This document shows, piece after piece, positions 37,144 through 49,052 of a stretch of DNA of 64,000 nt. Position numbers and translations under genes: made by a program. The notes under the pieces are model-generated. The model was not told where the DNA came from, searched no databases, and worked only from the letters and a program-made list of their open reading frames with translations. Origin of the DNA: Pecten maximus. Lineage: Eukaryota. Position 1 is the stretch's first letter, and each line of letters begins with the position of its first letter. Location of the stretch: positions 42,904,001 to 42,968,000 of the forward strand of contig NC_047018.1 in assembly GCF_902652985.1 (NCBI RefSeq). The letters run 5' to 3'.

Positions 37144-37759
37144 AGTCTTGTTATAAAACAAAACAAAAATGTAACTGATTGTACTTAACTAGTTCATGAA
37201 GAAAAATATGTTTATTGCTCACAGGTTGTTGTCGGCCTTTCCTATCATTCTTCTGTTTCTTTACCTGTCCTATATACCTTATTTCTACGACATAATTAAC
37301 TGTCAACAATCAACATTCATACTTCATCAACATTTTTTTCAGTTTTGTCTATTCATAATTCAGTTATGCAATCAAAGCTGGTATCTTTCTCTTACAATGT
37401 GCTACCGTATTACTGTGCCTGGACATCACAATGGATTATCTCGGGAACTTTGGAAATAAACATGAACATATCCCTGGATTATGTAGTGGAACGTTTAACA
37501 GTGACATTCTTATTGATTAATTTCAAGTGAAACTTGCTTTGTGACTTAAACATTCTTTGAAATGGATTTAAGCAGATAACAAAAACAAAGCAAAATCTTA
37601 TCATGACTGTGAACTGAAGGATTATCTAGTAATGTGTTAGTCTTAAAATGCTAAACATTAGACTATAATTATAAACTATGTGATCCTAATGGACTTAACC
37701 TTCCTTCATGGTTATTGGATCGAATACTGAATTAATTTGGAGACCAAATGTTTGTGCCC

Positions 37760-37769
37760 AGCGGGGAAA
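37760..37769 (+). promoter_or_regulatory. Polypurine tract
   Basis: AGCGGGGAAA immediately before the 3' LTR. Confidence 0.75.
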
Positions 37770-38454
37770 TGTAGTAGAGTATTTGAACATTTCATTAATT
37801 AGTTAGCCAATAGGGCAGGGATAGAGAGCAAGTGATGTAGAGAGCAAGTGATGCATGCGAGGTCAGAGATAAGGAGATGTGTAGTGGTCAGTGTGAGGTC
37901 AGTGTCTGTGAGAGGGAAAGTGACCAGACAGAGAACAGATGTGTTTTTATACAATATAAAATGCTTCATTAAATTAGTTATAGTAAGTTTAGAATGATGT
38001 ATGATGTATCCTTAGTTAGGATATTTTAGTGTAGTTTATATGATACAATTAGATTTAAAATATGATAGAGGATAAATGAATAGCAATCATTTTAGTGGCT
38101 TTTATAACATACATATGACATGTTTTTGATACTTAAAGTTTGATAACTTTAATATTGTAAAGGTTATTATTATTTTAGAAGTTTATGGTAATAGAGTACA
38201 GAAAGCTGGTTATTATGATGTGTGTAAGGATATGTGTGACATTATAGTTAATTAGTAAGATAGGAATGAGTCCCGTGTGAGTTTAACATGAAAAGAATGA
38301 AAGCTTTCTGAGAGTAAGATTTGGAAGCCCCATCAATCAAAGAGTGAGGGAGATCAGCACGGAACATCAGGAGACGAAGTCAGAACTTGTATAAGAAGAA
38401 CATGAATAAAGAAATTAAGAAGAACAACTCTTGTCAAGATTCCTCGTTATAACA
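37770..38454 (+). repeat. Gypsy 3' LTR (685 bp)
   Basis: Matches the 5' LTR except one substitution seen and a 51-bp to 14-bp replacement. Confidence 0.95.
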
Positions 38455-38458
38455 GTGT

Positions 38459-39100
38459 CCTCAATGATAAGGAAATCGTCCAGGTATGCTACCACAGTAA
38501 TATTGTAATGATATTTCATTATGTGACACACTGCACTACTTAGTTTTTGAAAAAAAAATTGGACTGCGCGAGTGGCCAAAAGGGAGATTTGCATCATACA
38601 TATATGTAGTATGGTCGTCGCCAGTGAATGTCCACTTTAACCCGGTGAGGTGATGTTCCGCCTTATGAAGTTTGACTGATCTATACGCACTTTTCAGGTC
38701 GACTTTAGCAAGAAATGAGCCTGCTTTAATGAGTTTAGTGGCGTAACGCAAGTCCATATATGAGCCAGCCGTATCCGATGTGTAGGAATTTAAATTATAA
38801 TAAGCCGGTTGGCTGGCGTCATGTATGAGGCGAATGTCTCCACTAGGTTTTGGAACAGCTCCAAGGGAGCTAACTATGGTAGGCTTAGACGTAGAAATTA
38901 CATAGTTGCCGAGTTCAGCTCTGTTTTAATTTGTTTTTCCACTTTTTCTCTGTATGTTTATGTAGAGCTATAATTGTCCCTTTCAACTTGTTGGTATGGT
39001 CCGAATACAGTAGTAAGCCGAAAGCCGTTTTGAATACCTTCCAAAATAAAATCCCGGTCCTGTGAATCGGGAGGGAGTAATTCTCCCCCATGCACTAAAG
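38459..39100 (-). pseudogene. DIRS RT N-terminal part (frameshifted)
   Basis: DRDFILEGIQNGFRL, SSLGAVPKPSGDIRLIHDAS, KVDLKSAYR, LPFG, YLDDF. Confidence 0.85.
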
Positions 39101-39134
39101 TCCAAACTGTTGTCCCATGAGGAGATGGGCACTA

Positions 39135-40152
39135 CTAATCGTGCCCCATTGGCGCCCCGTTTTTTGAAGCAGCATTACGAGTTTTCCCATGCCCCTGTGC
39201 GGAGTGACCCGGAGATAAACAAATAGTACAACAATGTTGCATTTTGCATTCGGTTCTCATACAGTTGTCGTTATTGTAGTTGCGGTATATTTCCAAACCA
39301 CTCGGCATGAAAGGGCCTTTCCGTCGATTGTTAGTACTCTGTTGAGAACGGTTACCAACCTTTTTACCCTGTGAAGCCTCCTGAAGGGCTTTAGTGGTTG
39401 GATTGTTTGGTTTTAATACGAGGTTGAAATCTCGAAGATCTTGTCGATATGTTCCCCATTCAAAACCCTCGAGGGCCTGGAGCTCCCTGTATTCGCGGTC
39501 ATATAATAGAACGGAAAACCACAAGTGTTTATTCGCTAAGCGGAAGATATCAGCTGTGTATTTCAGGTATGGGTTAACGTCCTGTAGTTTGCCTGTCTTA
39601 ATCAAGGCTGACATAATTTTGATGTTGGCATAGCCCCACCGTTCCATTGGCACTTTGTCTAATGTTCTGGTCCTACCTACTCGGAATTCTATGTTATTCC
39701 CCAAAGCGATGGAATCGTAAACAGGGGTTGGATTCTTGTCAGATATAGTCCACAATCCTTAGGGCTTTTTGTTTGTTATCCGACAACACATCAGTATTTA
39801 TGGGAGATAAAAAAAAAGGCTCACCTGTGCCTGTACTACCAGTTGTCGCCAGTCCCACTTCTGCGGCTGGAGTAGGGTTAGATCTAGATCTACAGTGCGT
39901 GGATTCCGATGTGTTCATCACGGTAGCGTTCCGTAGGGCCTCCCGTTCTTTTTCGATTTTTGCTCGTAGCTCGGTTGTTTGGCGGGCCAGCTGTAGTTTT
40001 TTCAGCTGTAGCTGTAAAGCCTGTACTTCGGCATCGTCTGGTAGGGGATTAGCATCAGCTTCCGTCTCTACAAGTAGGTCGTTTTGTAAATGTTCCGCCT
40101 CCGTCGCTAAGGCATTTTGTACATGTTCAATAGCGTTTTCGTTGTCCGCCAT
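39135..40152 (-). pseudogene. DIRS/Ngaro gag-like ORF1 (one frameshift near 39745)
   Basis: Coiled-coil-like N-terminus, WFSVLLYDREYRELQA..GFEWG and C-terminal C..C..HCC.IC...H zinc finger-like motif. Confidence 0.7.
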
Positions 40153-40495
40153 TCCTAGTGCCGGCTGCTGTTGGAAGGAGTCGTGAAACTAGTCTCCACC
40201 GGAGTCTTTGTTTTCTAATACTTGCTGAATGATGTTGTTTAATCTGGCGCCTGCGTTGGGTCGTCGTTGACGATCCATGTTGGTATTCAGTATATGGTCT
40301 TGGCGATGAGTAAGTAGCGATTAAGCAATTAGGCAGCAAGCCTACCGCAAGCACATGGCGGCAGCAGCATGATACAGCAAGCACATGGTAAATTGAAAAC
40401 GAGGCCCTGAACAACTTAGCGAGAGCTAGCAAAAATACGAAACTACTAAAATTATATTTACAAGTAAATAACACGTTATTATCGTATTTTCTTAC

Positions 40496-40740
40496 CGTCT
40501 GTGAACAGGAGGTAAACAGGTTTTGAAGTCTCTGCTTGAAGGTTTTTCCCATTGTTGAAGAATTGTATGTCAAATTAAGAGAGTTGCGAAGAAAGCTGCT
40601 GAAGGCTCAGTAGTTAGGTAAGTAACTAGATGACGTCATAGTCATTGTGACGTCATAGTTACCACACGTGATGTCAAAGGAGAATTTGCCATAATGTAAT
40701 TGTGACGAAGGTTTAGGGATTTGCATCAATTTCATCTTTT
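40496..40740 (-). pseudogene. Duplicated exon-like unit, disrupted copy
   Basis: Homologous to 41647-41890; same G|GTAAG donor; CGA>TGA stop and a frameshift. Confidence 0.45.
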
Positions 40741-40998
40741 ATCTTTATACAGTTTATTTTATTGAGTCGGCCTCTTCTTTGTCCGTTTTTGTGAATATTG
40801 CTCAAAGATTTTATCGTCTGATATTTCATATATGCAATACTGGAAATGAGGACAAATCTTTGTATTGCTATTTTAATTTATGTCTTCTAAATGAAATTTT
40901 AATGATCGTATGAATTGTTAGAAGCCTCATTTCATTTTCCAAATGGACCCTAGTAGAATAACAAAATTAAACTAAGTTTGAAAGGCACATTATCATTG

Positions 40999-41240
40999 GG
41001 TGGTTGGGTTGCACAGTGGTGACACACTAGCCTTTCATCTAGGCGGCAGGGGCTCGATTCCCCGATCGGATGTGAATTGGAATGGAGTCACCTGCCTGAC
41101 CACGTGGGTTTTCCGTGTTCTCCGATTTTATCCTACAGTAAGCTCCCTCGCGTGCTTTAATCTGGGCCAACAAGTGTTATTGCTATAGGCTGGTGTAACT
41201 TGTTTCGCAATTGTTGTGAAATAAAGAGGGTTTACATTAA
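40999..41240 (+). mobile_element. Diverged tRNA-derived SINE (V-domain-like)
   Basis: A-box-like TTGCACAGTGG, B-box-like GGCTCGATTCC, core cgtgggttttccgtgttctccg, aataaa near the tail. Confidence 0.6.
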
Positions 41241-41646
41241 AGATATTAAGTTCAATTTGATGATGTCATCCCCTTTAGTTTTTCCTTATATTTAAACTTG
41301 TAATCAATTACATTGCTACGCCTTTTTACTTAATGAATCTCTGATTATAAGTCCATTTTAATGTTGTTATGAAAACTCTTTCATGTTATACTACAAAGTA
41401 ACTCTGAACTTCCTGGAAACTAATAAGCTGGATGGGACAGGTTTTTAACCGTATACAGTTACTTTATTGAACAAAATAGAGACCGACTGAGATTCGAAAC
41501 CTAAACTCTCGGCTCTTACAAGTCTCTGTCGATCGACAAGATCATTTACACGTAGTATACTTATAAGCTGAGTTGAATCTAATGTTAGCTAAAATTAACT
41601 ATATTTGGTTGTTTACTTCAAAACTGTTATTATCGTATTTTCTTAC

Positions 41647-41890
41647 CGTCTGTGAACAGGAGGTAAACAGGTTTTGAAGTGGCTACTTGAAGGTTTTTCC
41701 CATTGTCAAAGAGTATTTGTGTCAAATTAAGAGAGTTGCGGAGAAAGCTGCTGAAGACTCGGTAGTTAGGTAAGTAACTAGATGACGACATAGTCATTGT
41801 GACGTCATAGTTACCACACGTGATATCAATGGAGAATTTTCCATAATGTAATAGTGACGATGGTTTTAGAATTTGCATCAATTTCAACTT
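41647..41890 (-). pseudogene. Duplicated exon-like unit, open copy (unknown protein)
   Basis: ~80 open codons KLMQILKPSSLLHYGKFSIDITCGNYD...KPVYLLFTD ending at G|GTAAG. Confidence 0.4.
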
Positions 41891-42333
41891 TTATCTTTAT
41901 ACAGTTTATTTTGTCGTGTCAGCCTCTTCAATATACGTTTTTAAGTTTATTGTTCAAATTGTAAGGAAACGTATTAGTGAATTGACCACGCGTATGTTTG
42001 TAGCAGTAAGATTTTATCGTCTGATATTTCATGTATGCAATACTGGAAATGATGACACTTCTTGTATTGCTATTTGAATTTTGTACTTATTGTCAACCGA
42101 CTATCCAACAATAACTTATGCGCTCGAAATCGTATACTTTGATAATAGTGTGTGATTCTAAGGCTTTCATTCGAGTTTGACATAGAGGACAAGTTTTGAT
42201 AATTAAAATAAAAAACGGAAATACGCTAATATGATATAATGGTACCTCTATGAAAATAAACTACGTTTTTTTATGAAAAACTGTGCATCCTTTGACAGCG
42301 TTCTTAAAGCTGAAGTCCACCTGGGCTCAAACG

Positions 42334-42800
42334 TTGTGTCGTCTTCGAAGGATGGCGGACATTTCGGATCACTTCCTCCATCGTCTTGCGTCGTTGTTGT
42401 CGTCGGCGTCGTCGTCAGTCACGCTTTAGCTTTCCAGACTTTTTCCCTACCAGAGTTATCGTCCTTTGCTCATAGGAAATTTTCATAATCATTTTTTTCC
42501 GCATTTTTTTACGAACTGCTTGACATATCGATTTCTGACTTTGCATATGACTTAATCATATTCGATAAACAGTTTAATTTGACATCCTGTATCAATATTG
42601 TTTTTAACCTAAAGTTATAAAACGTTTGGGAATTCTTAATATTAACTAGATATTTTTCGCTACCACTTGTCACATCAGTATGTAACTTGAGCATGACTTT
42701 TCAATAAATGGGGGATTAAAGTTCGAGTTCAATCCTCGTGTCCAATTCCACCTATTTCTCGAGTTATGTCACAAACATATTAAGTATCATACAATCACGA
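42334..42800 (+). mobile_element. Degenerate Helentron-like non-autonomous element
   Basis: Subterminal hairpin-like tgtgtcgtcttcgaaggatggcggaca followed by (gtc)n microsatellite; right end uncertain. Confidence 0.4.
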
Positions 42801-43149
42801 TACCGTTCACATATGACCTCAGATGTTGTGTGGACCTTACTATGCATCAATCAATCAACCGACAACAGAATGCACGATGCCTTTTTTAAAATAACACATT
42901 TTAAGTTAAATGGGCGCAGGAGAAACACCCTCTTCTGTGGAATTCTAGTTTTGGTTTCATCAGTTGCTCCACTATTTAAATTCAATTGCGAATTTGATAA
43001 AAATGGAGTAACATAAAATTTTGATTTAGAACAACTAGAAATGAATCGGGATAAATTGTGAATGGCTTTTAATCTGAATCTGAATCGTTATTAATTTCAT
43101 ATCTGACCTTATCTATGAACAGTTTTTTTTTTTTTTTGTTTTTTTTTTT

Positions 43150-43760
43150 TAGTTTTCACGGCGACTTTATTTCAATACTGAAATCTCATAAGCATCTAGG
43201 AGTTCATACTAGAAGAGAGTACTCATACAGATAGCATTATGACTAAAACAAAGACATCAAAATATACAAAATGTATATATTTACGTAGAAAATATGTTCA
43301 ACCATGTCTAGAATATTGTGAGGTTTGACATAATTGTAAGAAAAGAAAGAGAACAGAAGCATTCAGTATTAAAGGCAGCTAGAATTATCACAGGTTTGCC
43401 AAGTTTTACAAGTAAATCCTTAAAACAACGAGGAATTAAGAAAAACTCAATTTTTCATCAAACTATCTTGAATCCCTTCTTTCTCCGGAAGTGTCTGATC
43501 TGTCTGCTTATAACATCAGAATTAAAGATGAATTTGAAATTCATCATTATCGTCTAAGTTTAACTATGTCATTTTTATACCAAATCCATGTAATTTATGG
43601 AATAATGTGTCTCTGGAATTAAAAATAAAATATTAGTAATTTGAATCATTTTTCAAAATCCCAAAACAACAATCCTGTGTTAATTTTTTTTTCACAAAGT
43701 ATGGAGAAAGGAATGTAAACAAATTACATTGTCGAGTCCACGAGACTAAATATGTCACAA
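43150..43760 (+). mobile_element. CR1-group LINE 3' relic
   Basis: Broken motifs HKHLGV, PCLEYC, KAARIITGLPSFTSK. Confidence 0.55.
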
Positions 43761-44301
43761 AATCGTAATCTTAGTCCAATTTTGTCAAGTTATAACTTTG
43801 AGATCATACGCAGAAGTTAATTCATAAAGCAGTCAGCGGATTTTTACTAATTATCCCATGCTTTAGGTAGCAGTGTACAGTAAATATGCCCAATTTTGAA
43901 AAATATGGCACATGTCTTAGATATGTCAACATAACCAGGCAACCCTACATATTACCAATAATAATGTATATGTATTTGTATTCTATAACACATTTGCAAT
44001 TTTATTACAGCTCTAAAGGATAAGTAAAGTTATTTTTTCAATGTTTTTTTAGGCCTGTGAAAACCATGGAACACTGTATCAAAAATTAAAAAAAAAAAAA
44101 AATGCAAAATATCATGATATTTGACCCAAAATGACACAATCATCTACACAATTATTTTTTTCTGAAACCTATTTGAAATCAAATATCTCTTTCCCAAATA
44201 CAGAATTGATCTTGTTTTGACATATGTTGTACATTAAGTTTTCCCGCAATCTTACCATGAGTCATCATTTTTCGCTGTAGGCAAAACTAAATTTCCTGTG
44301 T

Positions 44302-44333
<32 letters not shown>

Positions 44334-44500
44334 GTTCAAAAATTTTATTTTCAAAGACACCAACAAAATACAAAAATGTCCTCACACACGAGGGCTAGCA
44401 TTCGCCATACTTCATTCATTCATTCCGTTTATTCCGTATATGTTAAAATAGTGTTGTGCAGCCTTGTAAGGGGAGCTTACTCCGAATCAAGTGCTCCTTG

Positions 44501-44584
44501 TAGTCTCGCATTCCCCAGACTCTCGTCCTCGCTCGAGACTGCCTCAAACGAGAGTCTGGTCAGATTGCTATTTGAATTTTGTGA
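44501..44584 (+). repeat. AcademH TIR (84 bp), helicase end of copy 2
   Basis: Exact reverse complement of 54930-55013. Confidence 0.95.
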
Positions 44585-44669
44585 TACCAAAACGAGGCTT
44601 ACCGAAAAATCGGTAAAGTTTTTCATTGGCTGACAGCTACACACCCACAAAATAAAGAAAACAAACAAA

Positions 44670-46072
44670 ATGGCGACTGAGAGAAAGTTTCAAGAAGCTC
44701 TGGAGTTCACGCTTGTGCAAAGAAACATCGATTTCCAACTGAAAGATTTGCAGCTCGCTATTCTGAAGGATGTCGTTATGAGTAAGAAAGACGTTTTAGC
44801 AGTGTTACCGACAGGATATGGGAAAACTATCATCTATTCGCTTATACCAACTCTGGTGGATGCATATGAAAGCAAAACTGACAGTATTGTTATCGTTGTT
44901 TCCCCACTGGTTGCTCTGATGGAAGACCAGGTTGTCAATATTGAAGCTAGTGGGATCCGCTGTGTATACGCAAGTAAACAGCAAACAAGAGGTGAGTTAC
45001 ATTACATGTGCTTGTGCTCGAATGAGTTTCCGATATTTCAAAAGTTATGCCTGTTATAGTAGATACAGTATGATTAATGCATTGTTATTGTTGACAGAAC
45101 GTCAAACTATACAGTAATAGATCTACTTTTAAATGAATTTTATAAAACCACATTTAGTAAATTTACCCATTCTGCTTCAGAAACTGATACAGAGCTGAAA
45201 AATGGAACAGTCCCGATTTTGATGATGAGCCCAGAAGCCCTTTTCCACGGGGAATGGAGACAGCTGTTTTCTTCCGAAACATATCAGACTAGAGTTGCAG
45301 CCATTGTTGTTGATGAAGCACACTGTGTAGAACAATGGTAAGTGATATGAAATTCTACATAACATTGCTAGTAGCATGCCCAATAAAAAGAACATTTATT
45401 TTTAGTGCCCTACGGGTGAAACCTGGGGGACTATATATGTTTTGCCTGCGTCCGTCCGTCCGGTTAAAGTCTTGGTTAAAGTTTTATATGGCACATGTAC
45501 ACCATTCACTTAATGATGGTATAATGATGGTATAATGGTATAATGATGGTATAAGGATGCTGATTCTTTAATTTGCATAGAGATTCTTTCGGTGTGTGGC
45601 ATTACTTTTGTATGGTTAAAACTTTTTTCTCTGTATTTTTTAGGTTAAAGTTTTATAATGGCACACCATTCACTTAATAATGGTATAAGGATGCTGATTC
45701 TTTGTACAGTTAAAACTGAAAAAAAATATTTTCATTTTTTTTAAATTTTGGCATATTATGAACTTAAATTTGCTCTGTAATGAATGCTTCACTGATATGA
45801 GATTCTTTTGGAATAAAATCAGTGTACTACTATGCTGTGCTATGCATAATCATGTTTATATTTCAATCTAAGGCTGTTATTACACATTTCAATTTAAATT
45901 GAAATAATTCACTTTAGATTCTTTTACTCTTTATACAGTAGACTTAATACCGGAGTATCTTTTAGGGGCAGGAAACATTAAGTTGAATTTACACATTGTT
46001 TGGAGTGAACTTATTTCTATAAAATGATCATGCTTCAGTTTTGTAAACATTTTTACTGAAATTTGGCTAAAG

Positions 46073-46104
<32 letters not shown>

Positions 46105-47451
46105 GTGCCGGTAGGGGACATGTATTGGTTTAGCAATACTCACACAATGCTTGTTATTCTAAGAATTCTCTAAATTTCTAAGTGAAATGAACTCCTGTTC
46201 TATATAATTCTTCCAAATTGTGGTATAAATGCTGTTGTAATGATAACACTGTTGAGCTTTATCTTGATTATTTTCAGGGGAGATGAATTCCGAACGGATT
46301 ATGGAAGATTAGCAGAGCTGAGAAGCATTTTACCAAAAGCTGGTATGCTGGCTTTGACAGCCACGGCTTCACCAAATTCCCGAATGTTAATAAAGAAAAA
46401 GCTCTGTATGGAACAAGCAAGTGTGATTGTCGGAAACTGTAACAGACAAAACATTACCCTAAATTGTGTTAAAGCACCATATGATCCTAAAGCAGCATTC
46501 CTGTGGTTAGTTGAACGCCTTAGGACAGAAAAGCAGCAGTATCCAAAGACTGTCATATATTGTCGCAGCATAAAATCATGTTCACTTTTATTTAAACTGT
46601 TTACAGATATTATGGGAGACCTTGCATATTGTGGAACTAAATGTGCAAAAAACCGGTTATTTGCCATGTATCACCATTCAACCTCAACAAAATGTAAGAA
46701 GATCATCATGGATAACTTTCCAAATCCTGACAGTACTTGTAGGATTGTAATTTGCACCTCAGCTTTCGGCTTAGGAGTCAATGTGCCCGACATCAATATG
46801 GTTATTCACTGGGGGGCTTCAAGGTCTATTGAAGGGTTTATGCAGGAATTCGGAAGGAGTGGTCGGGATGGAGGAAGTGCTATGTCTGTTTTGTATTATC
46901 ATGGAATGGACATTAGCAAAACTTCAACAGATGACAAGATGAGGTCATATGCAACTGCAGATACCTGTCGGCGTGTTTTGTTACAAGAACACTTTACTCC
47001 AGATGTCAGCATTAATATGCAAATTAATCCACAACATTTATGTTGTGATAATTGCTACAGAAACTGTAAGTGCTCAAATTGTCCAGATTTACATACTGCC
47101 CTTCTTTCAGACTTAGAAGAAGATAATGATTTGTGTGCAGCAGCTTCAACAGTGGTGTGTCATGTTGTGTCGGAATCTCAACAAAAAGAAATTTCCGTCA
47201 ACCTACACGAATATAGACAAATGCTGGTAGAGGAGAACAGTGTTCCATCTCTATTGAACACAGATATTTCAACTGGACTCAGTGTTTCATTGATTGACTC
47301 CATTACGAACAATGTTCAATATATAGGTAGTATAGAGGACCTATTGTCAGAGTACATATTTGATCAAAGGATTGCAAGTTCAGTGATGGACATTATTAAC
47401 CGTAAACAAATATTTACAAATGGCTTATGTACAATACAAATTTACAACTAA
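44670..47451 (+). CDS. RecQ-like helicase, copy 2; exons 44670-44991, 45181-45337, 46278-47451; altered C-terminus
   Basis: Same motifs as copy 1; a 29-bp deletion near 47398 removes the stop, giving ...IINRKQIFTNGLCTIQIYN* instead of ...IINQTLGD*. Confidence 0.9.
45398..46155 (+). mobile_element. Helentron-like non-autonomous element (HINE) in helicase intron 2, copy 2
   Basis: 5' tttttagtgccctacggg...gggggacta hairpin, (gtcc)n, internal repeats, 3' subterminal repeat ccggtaggggac, short palindrome, cttgtt end. Confidence 0.55.
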
Positions 47452-49052
47452 TAATGATGTTATTACACGTTCATTTTTATTGATGAACTATTTTTTATAC
47501 ATTTTATACAACAGGCAACCTAGAAAGGAAAACCCTTCCTTATGTATTCTAAAGCCTTAAGCTAACTAGTACTGATACAGACATGTCAACCTCTGAAACA
47601 TTCAATGAGGGAGATCTCCCTCATTTTTCTACACCAGAAATGAGGGAGAAAGTGAGTGAAAAATTTGCGAAGCAATTTTTTTGTTGATGTAGCTATTGGA
47701 GATGTTTCACGCCATAGCCTTTAGGTGTCAATTACCCCAGGTCATCTTCCCCCAGAAAAGGTCAGCTGAATCCTTCCCTGCAGTGTAAGGAGGCAGGCCA
47801 CACATGTGGTAATGTTAATACATTAGACACAGATAAATGTGATGCATGTCAAATATTTCATCTTTATCTACCTAACTGTATCCTTATATTGCCTGGTATA
47901 TTAAAATATTATTATTTCAAATACAGTGTATGTGTTAAATTTTTATATGAAAATATTCCTCTGAGATTTAATGTGTCTTGTGTATCTTGATTGAGGGTGG
48001 GCAATTATATTGCAAAACTCATATATCTATTGCAATATTTTTCAGTGAGATTGTGATCATGATATGATTTTCAATATTTGAATATATTGCAGCAAAATTC
48101 AACAACTATTTGAGGGATTTCAACAGCAGAATTTTGGATATGTACACTTCAAGATAATTCTATATTGAAACCTTGAATATACTTGCATGATATATCACAT
48201 ATTCCTTTAAAGACTGCATTATATTGCGATATGAAAATTGTTTGCAATACCCACTCCTACCTTTCATAGGTCTGTATATATTTCACAAATTATTTATCTA
48301 TACACCCATTATTAGCTGGTTCTATTGTACCAGTAAATGCATACAACTCCTACTTGTGTGTTGCTAAAGAAAAATCATGACTTTCAAAAGTTTTTTAATA
48401 AGGCAAGAAAGATGTTTTACCTGAGATTATTAATTAATCACAATATATAGGTACTTGAAAACACCTAATTTCCAGTGTTGAACAATATCACAGCTGATCA
48501 TGAATACTTAGTAATTTATTATAAATAAAATGTCTTATCTTCTGACACTGATATTGCTAATTTAATCCTCCACATGTACACATGGAAGTTAAATAATTCA
48601 TGCATACACTTTATATATAAGACATGTGAGCTGTATACAAAATGTCAATATCTTGAGTTAAATCAACATAACAAAATTTTCAAACTGCACATACACCACC
48701 CACATTCTATAGCTATACATACATGGTAAATTCCACATATCTGGTGTACATGTTCTAGTAGCTTAACAAATTTTACAACTTGAAACACATTTCAGATGCC
48801 TACTTTCCATTGATTTTGAATAATCCTTTAAATTTCACCAATGAATGATGTACTTGACATAAATATACAAAATATCAGTATTTTAAGATGAATCAACATA
48901 AAAATTCAAACTGCACATAACCGACTGTCATTCTACATAGATTTCACACACTTTTTGGTAACTTGCTGGTAACTTTAGAAATTTAACTTCTGGAAACTTA
49001 CTAAAATGTCCTTTCTCCTGGTAGCTGGTATCAGTGTACAACACATGATAAT

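Larger units (their letters stand above)
31539..38454 (+). mobile_element. Full-length Gypsy/Ty3 LTR retrotransposon with chromodomain
   Basis: TG...CA LTRs, 4-bp TSD GTGT (31535-31538, 38455-38458), PBS, PPT, intact gag and pol (PR-RT-RH-INT order). Confidence 0.96.
30130..40474 (-). mobile_element. DIRS/Ngaro-like tyrosine-recombinase retrotransposon, decayed, interrupted by Gypsy
   Basis: gag-like, RT, RNase H and YR remnants in order on the minus strand; ends defined by the paralogous empty site at ~41620-41635 (caaaactgttattatcg). Confidence 0.8.
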
